The notes beneath the pieces are model-generated. The model worked only from the letters and a program-made list of their open reading frames with translations. It was not told the DNA's origin and ran no database searches. Below are positions 58,948 to 64,000 of a DNA stretch of 64,000 nucleotides, one piece after another. How positions within the stretch are numbered: the stretch's first letter is position 1; each line of letters starts with the position of its first letter. The stretch comes from Ignavibacteria bacterium (GTDB taxonomy: Bacteria > Bacteroidota > Ignavibacteria > Palsa-1295), in the NCBI GenBank assembly GCA_013287605.1, contig JABDDM010000002.1, forward strand, positions 1,145-65,144, written 5' to 3'. Made by a program: the position numbers and the translations under genes.

Positions 58948-60996
58948 TTATTCCTCAGCGATAACCCAGCCTTCAGCGAATTCGGATTCTACGAGGCCGT
59001 CGATAAAGCGGCTGGGTTTGGAGAGTACGATTCCAGCTTCGCGGTCGTAGAGGTTGGTTGGATACGTGATGATGAGATGTTCTTTGGCGCGAGTGCTTGC
59101 GACATACATGAGTCGTCGTTCTTCTTCGAGCGAATCGGGATCATTCGCCGAAGCGATACTTGGAAAACGGCCGTCCAGGCAATTTGTGATGATAACGGTG
59201 TTCCATTCAAGTCCTTTTGCGGAATGAATGGTCGAGAGCGTTAGGATCTCGTCTTCTTTCGGCGCGTCTTCGGAGCCGGCAAGCGATTCTGTTGGAGGTT
59301 CGAGTGAAAGATCGCTCAAGAGCGATTGCATCGATTGATAGCGATCGGTGATGAGTTGGAACGTCTCAAGATCTTTTTCGCGCTTCTGGTAGTCGTCGTA
59401 CTTCCTGCGCAAGAGTGGTTTGTAGAACTGGATCAGTTGTTCGGTTTTCTCGGCCGGCAGTGAATCTTCGCGACTCGCCATCTTGAGCGCCCCGAAAAGC
59501 TCCATCACTTTTTGCGGAATTCCCATATCGGGCGCGGGCTCCATGCCCGTTACAACCTCATCCGTGAAGCGCTTGAGGGAGACTTTGTCATTGAGGATGT
59601 CCTGCACGATTTTCTCAGCCGATCTCGGTCCGACGCCATCCTGCAACAAGAGAATTCGATACCAGCTCACCGCGTCTTTCGGATTATGAATGACGCGCAG
59701 CATCGCAGTAAGATCCTTGATATGAGCGGTTTCGATGAACTTCATCCCGCCGAATTTCTGGAAGGGAATGTTGGCGCGCTGCAACTCGAGTTCAAGATCG
59801 AACGACATGTAGCCCGAGCGAAACAGCACGGCAATATCCTCAAGCTTTGCTCCCTGCTCGCGGAATTCCAATATCTTCTCTACGACGTACACCGACTGTT
59901 GGTGCTCGTTCTCCGCGCAGACGACTTGCGGCAGTTCATCGGAAGTCATACGAGAGAAAAGCGTCTTTTCATAGCGCTCGCTCGCGAGTGAGATAATACG
60001 ATTTGTCAGCGCAAGAATCGGCTGTGTCGAGCGGTAGTTCTCTTCCAGACGAATGATCCGAGCACCCGGAAACAGATCAGGAAATTCAAAAATGTTCTTC
60101 ACATCAGCACCGCGAAAGCGATAGATCGATTGCGCATCGTCGCCAACGACCATTACGTTCGCTTGTGTAGGTTCGCGACTTGACGAAAGCCGCTCGATGA
60201 CGCGCGCCTGCAATCGGTTGACATCCTGGTACTCATCGACCATGATATACTTATACTTCTTCGTGACGGCCGCGCGAACTTCGGAGCTCGATTCGAGCAG
60301 GACGACGAGATTGGTGATGAGGTCGTCGTAGTCCATCACATTCGCTCGGCGCTTGTAGTCGTCGTAGCGTGTGAGAAGTCGAGTGATGTTCTCAGTCTCT
60401 TCGATAAAGTGGGGATAATCCTGCTCGATGACTTCATCGAGCGACGCCATCCGGCTAAGCTGCAGCGAATGCATCGCGAGGAGCGTACCCTTTCGCGGGA
60501 AGCGCTTCTTACTGGCCGCGAGACCAAGCTGTGTGCGCAGAAGATTGATCACATCTTCCGAATCGCCCTGATCGAGTATAGAGAAATTCTGATTGTAGCC
60601 GATGACGGGCGAATACTTGCGAAGCGTAAGATTCGCGAACGCATGGAAGGTACCGCCGGAAACGTCCTCGGCTTTAGTGTCATGCAGGAGCATTGCTGCA
60701 CGACGCAGCATCTCTTTTGCGGAGCGGCGAGTAAACGTAAGCAAGAGAATGCTCTTCGGATCGACGCCCATTTCCACGAGACGGGCAACGCGATAGGTCA
60801 GCGTGCGAGTTTTACCGGTACCTGCTCCTGCAATGACTAGCGCTGGACCATCGACATGCCGCACCGCATCAAGCTGTCCCGGATTTAACTCGCGCTCGTA
60901 GTTGACCTTGAACCGCGATTCGTCAACGCGTGAAAGATCCGTCGTTCGTTTGAGAACGAATCGCTTCGGTTGAACGGCTGGACTATTCTCACCCAT
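58948..60996 (-). CDS. uvrD: ATP-dependent DNA helicase, UvrD/PcrA family
   Basis: AGAGTGKT, DEYQD, VGDDAQSIY, LEENYRS, TIHSAKGLEW, EERRLMYVA.TRAK. Confidence 0.93.
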   Translation of the reverse strand: MGENSPAVQPKRFVLKRTTDLSRVDESRFKVNYERELNPGQLDAVRHVDGPALVIAGAGTGKTRTLTYRVARLVEMGVDPKSILLLTFTRRSAKEMLRRAAMLLHDTKAEDVSGGTFHAFANLTLRKYSPVIGYNQNFSILDQGDSEDVINLLRTQLGLAASKKRFPRKGTLLAMHSLQLSRMASLDEVIEQDYPHFIEETENITRLLTRYDDYKRRANVMDYDDLITNLVVLLESSSEVRAAVTKKYKYIMVDEYQDVNRLQARVIERLSSSREPTQANVMVVGDDAQSIYRFRGADVKNIFEFPDLFPGARIIRLEENYRSTQPILALTNRIISLASERYEKTLFSRMTSDELPQVVCAENEHQQSVYVVEKILEFREQGAKLEDIAVLFRSGYMSFDLELELQRANIPFQKFGGMKFIETAHIKDLTAMLRVIHNPKDAVSWYRILLLQDGVGPRSAEKIVQDILNDKVSLKRFTDEVVTGMEPAPDMGIPQKVMELFGALKMASREDSLPAEKTEQLIQFYKPLLRRKYDDYQKREKDLETFQLITDRYQSMQSLLSDLSLEPPTESLAGSEDAPKEDEILTLSTIHSAKGLEWNTVIITNCLDGRFPSIASANDPDSLEEERRLMYVASTRAKEHLIITYPTNLYDREAGIVLSKPSRFIDGLVESEFAEGWVIAEE

Positions 60997-61054
60997 ATGA
61001 TTAAGAACGATTGCGATAGGTGCCTATCATCTGCCGAGCAAGATAGTCACAATA

Positions 61055-62332
61055 TCAAGCCCCCAGCAAATCTTTTGCAGCTTCGATGAACTTGTCAACA
61101 TCCTCCATCGAAGAGTAAATATGAAGGCTCAGCCTGTTGGCATCAAGTTTTGATTCGTGCACGACACGTGTGCGAACTTTGTGCTTCGACATCAACTTGT
61201 TCGCAAAATCCTGGCAGTCTCTTCCTTCAAGTTTGATCGTTGTCAGCCCTGTGATCGAAGTTGCAGGTGTCAGATAGTGGAAGCGGTCGCCGAGTGCTTC
61301 ATGTAATTGCGTTCGCATATAGCTTGTCAGGTGCTGAATGCGTGATTCGATCTTGTCGAACCCGATCGCTGACATCCAGTCGATCGCCGCATGCAGGCCG
61401 TCGAAGAGCGCAAAGTTTTGCGTCGCAAAGTCGTAGCGCGATGCTGTCGGAAGAAAATCGAGCTTGCCGTCGTAACCCCAGTACTTATCCGCTTCAGCAC
61501 CTGACCATGTTGGCAGCACATGCTGCATGAAGGCATCGGTGATATAGAGGAAGCCGATCCCTTTCGGCCCGCAGAGCCATTTATGACCGCAGCTTGTGTA
61601 CGCGTCGACGCCAAGATCCTTCACATTTAATTGCATCATCCCAGGCGGATGCGCACCATCTGCCATCACCCAAATATTTTTTTCGTGAGCAAGCTTGCTA
61701 ATCTCTTTGATCGGAAGCACCTGCCCTGTTGTACACGTAACATGCGGCACCGCGATCACGCGTGTGCGAGCAGTGATGAGTTCATTGATACGATTGAGGA
61801 CAGTCGCATCGTCAGGCGCGAGCGTTACGAACTTGACGACAATTCCATCTCGCTTCGCACGTGCAAGCCAGGGAATTGCATTGCCGGCATGTTCCTGATC
61901 GGATAGGATGACTTCATCTCCCGCCTTCATTTCGACGCCCGAGGCGACGATGGAAATGGCTTCGCTGACATTATGCGTGTACGCGATCTCATCGCCACTT
62001 GCTGCGCCGACAACAAGAGCGATCGCCTTGCGGAGTCCCTCGTAGTCACCGCCGTAATCACCGGTCGAGTCGACATACTCGATCCGCTTCGTCACTCGTT
62101 CGGTCACTTCGCGCGGGCTTGGTCCCATGGTGCCGTTGTTCATATAGATCAACTGGCGCGTGATCGGATAATGTTTGCGGATTGTGTTCCAATAGGCTTC
62201 GTCAGTGGCAAGCGTCAACGCATCCGATGTAGAGTGCAGATCTGGCTGCACGGATGCAACAAATTGTTTCTTTAGTAGCTCGGTGGCAACGGGCGATACA
62301 AGGCTCATAGTTAAGAATGTTCTGCGGTCCAT
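61055..62332 (-). CDS. Class V aminotransferase (PLP) with Tat-like leader
   Basis: MDRRTFL; YMNNGTMGP, EHAG, DGAH, GHKWLCGPKG. Confidence 0.9.
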   Translation of the reverse strand: MDRRTFLTMSLVSPVATELLKKQFVASVQPDLHSTSDALTLATDEAYWNTIRKHYPITRQLIYMNNGTMGPSPREVTERVTKRIEYVDSTGDYGGDYEGLRKAIALVVGAASGDEIAYTHNVSEAISIVASGVEMKAGDEVILSDQEHAGNAIPWLARAKRDGIVVKFVTLAPDDATVLNRINELITARTRVIAVPHVTCTTGQVLPIKEISKLAHEKNIWVMADGAHPPGMMQLNVKDLGVDAYTSCGHKWLCGPKGIGFLYITDAFMQHVLPTWSGAEADKYWGYDGKLDFLPTASRYDFATQNFALFDGLHAAIDWMSAIGFDKIESRIQHLTSYMRTQLHEALGDRFHYLTPATSITGLTTIKLEGRDCQDFANKLMSKHKVRTRVVHESKLDANRLSLHIYSSMEDVDKFIEAAKDLLGA

Positions 62333-62427
62333 GAATAAATGGGGCAATGACAGCTTCAAAGAGAACCGAGATTGAACCAGAAAACATTCAGACGGCGATC
62401 TGAATGAGAAACCCTATGGCATGGAGA

Positions 62428-63000
62428 TCAGTACAGACGCACGCCTGAGGACTTGGGAAGATACAACGGCTGTCGAAACAGCGGGTGATGCACGAAAAAC
62501 ACTTGATCGTTTTCGCCAAAGAGGTTAAGCTCGTCACCTTTGTCAGCGTGCGTCGCCGTTTCGCGGGTGGTCGAATCCGAGTACAGAATCGAGAATTGCG
62601 TTACAAGTACTCTTCCAACGAGCGGTGTCGTGATTTTAAAGAATTCTTCAGCTTCTTTTTTCGATCGCTGTTTCAGTACAACGATCGTGTCAAGCCCCCG
62701 GCCTTGCACATGCAATCTTGCTGAGAGCATGAAGTTCGCCTCAGGTAAATGGAGATGGACGGTACCGAGGGAATCGACACTGGCTTCGGAAGGCGGTTCG
62801 ATGATGTTGCAGTTCAGGCAATCGACGTCCACCGATCCCGGGTGCTCTCGGCCCGCAGTTGTGTCAGTCTGTCGAAGGCTGAATTCGATGGCATCCGCCT
62901 TCCAGTGAATGTCGCTCACGTTGAAGAAACTTGCTTCACGAGCACATCCGAATAAGAACACGCACGAGAACATTCCGAGAAATCGGAGCCCAACACTCAT
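62428..63000 (-). CDS. Hypothetical lipoprotein
   Basis: Lipobox LFGC; CxxC; SH3-like tail. Confidence 0.7.
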   Translation of the reverse strand: MSVGLRFLGMFSCVFLFGCAREASFFNVSDIHWKADAIEFSLRQTDTTAGREHPGSVDVDCLNCNIIEPPSEASVDSLGTVHLHLPEANFMLSARLHVQGRGLDTIVVLKQRSKKEAEEFFKITTPLVGRVLVTQFSILYSDSTTRETATHADKGDELNLFGENDQVFFVHHPLFRQPLYLPKSSGVRLY

Positions 63001-63647
63001 GGAGCTATCTGAACAGCATCAGCGTCGACAAATCCTTCTACTTCATCGAGAACGACCGAATACATGTCGCCCTCTTTCGCAAGATACGGCAGAGTTGCTC
63101 CCTTTGGAAGGATCCTGAGGACTTCACGCTTGGACTTGTCTTTGTAGACTGCGACCCCTTCGTTCGCTGTGACCTTCAGCATCGTAGCCTTCTTGGTCGT
63201 TACTACTTTCGTATCGGTCGTTGCCTTTTTTGCTTCATGATGCGAAGGCGTCGTTTGATGCCGAGGCGCAACGGCCCCTGCTACTGGCTCCTTGTCAAGA
63301 AGATCTTCAGCGTCAAGCGTATAGGTCGTGTCGAGCATCTGACGATGATAGACCGAGAACTTCATGCTTGGCGAAGCATCCGTGCTCAGATAGGCATTGT
63401 TTCGGTCCTGAAAGCGGAGTGTGACGCGGTCCTTATTCTGGTAACACTCAGTACATTCGACAACAACAGAGTCATCGGCTGGCGACCAGTGCGCGCTGTG
63501 TTGCGGGTCGAGCTCAACGCGAACGCTATCACTATACCGGCTAAAGAGCAGGCGCGCATGCTCACGTGAACCTGTACATGCCGCCAGCGTACACGCACAC
63601 GACAAGATCAACAGCAGCCAACTCACTGTCTTCTCCTTAGGTACCAT
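62997..63647 (-). CDS. Lipoprotein with C-terminal SH3-like domain
   Basis: LAAC lipobox; CTEC; LPKGATL...YSV....EGFV. Alternative start 63677. Confidence 0.7.
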   Translation of the reverse strand: MVPKEKTVSWLLLILSCACTLAACTGSREHARLLFSRYSDSVRVELDPQHSAHWSPADDSVVVECTECYQNKDRVTLRFQDRNNAYLSTDASPSMKFSVYHRQMLDTTYTLDAEDLLDKEPVAGAVAPRHQTTPSHHEAKKATTDTKVVTTKKATMLKVTANEGVAVYKDKSKREVLRILPKGATLPYLAKEGDMYSVVLDEVEGFVDADAVQIAP

Positions 63648-63686
63648 GATCAACCTTCCTGTTACAAAACTCAACATTCATTTGCA

Positions 63687-63998
63687 TTACGGCAGAGGCG
63701 CCAGATAATTATCAATCTTGAACGTATCACGATCATTGAACGTCTGCAGCAACTTCCCTTTGCGCCATTTATTGTCGACTTTGAAGTATCCATATACCCC
63801 ACGCGCGAATTGCACGCTATCGAGTGTCAGCACATGTTCTACACTTGGATAGGAGCGTAAGCCCAAGCCGTTTGCGATCGCATCATCCAATTGGGTTCGA
63901 GAATCAAATTTATTTGGTGCGACAAAAAGTTGTTCCGGCTCCTGCAGCTTAATGACAACCGTCGACTTTGATTCTGGCGTTTGACGCCTGGATGTATC
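63687..63998 (-). CDS. 3' part of a hypothetical protein, truncated by the window edge
   Basis: Frame open from the window end to the stop at 63687. Confidence 0.65.
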   Translation of the reverse strand, partial: DTSRRQTPESKSTVVIKLQEPEQLFVAPNKFDSRTQLDDAIANGLGLRSYPSVEHVLTLDSVQFARGVYGYFKVDNKWRKGKLLQTFNDRDTFKIDNYLAPLP

Positions 63999-64000
63999 CA

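Overview
Mostly core chromosome of an FCB-group bacterium, probably Kapabacteria/Ignavibacteria-like. This is inferred from three T9SS C-terminal-domain cargo proteins, Bacteroidota-type TAnnTTTG promoter elements, and SpmA/SpmB and YfhO genes. Housekeeping genes include ribE, aat, ssb, dapD, tRNA-Val, hmgA, an ECF sigma/anti-sigma pair, an IscS-like desulfurase, ppx, prmA, nadA, ygfZ and uvrD. Five regions stand out. (1) A 4.6-kb IS1595-family cargo transposon (16618-21239; 25-bp TIRs, 8-bp TSD TGAATAAA) carries a proteasome-beta-like Ntn protease with a 59-aa partner ORF, and a tRNA-like sequence with an Ala acceptor and UGG anticodon that may be transcribed antisense. (2) The transposon sits inside a composite dispersed repeat whose intact inverted copy (50/52-bp core) lies at 45.9 kb, beside (3) an accessory UvrD helicase + GIY-YIG/T5orf172 nuclease pair, a candidate defence system. 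(4) An orphan GldM/PorM-like gene is followed by two paralogous predicted outer-membrane proteins and preceded by a structured leader. (5) A wHTH/TPR-like regulator is divergent from a 71-aa hydrophobic peptide gene with a structured mRNA. All calls come from reading motifs by eye; no database searches were run.
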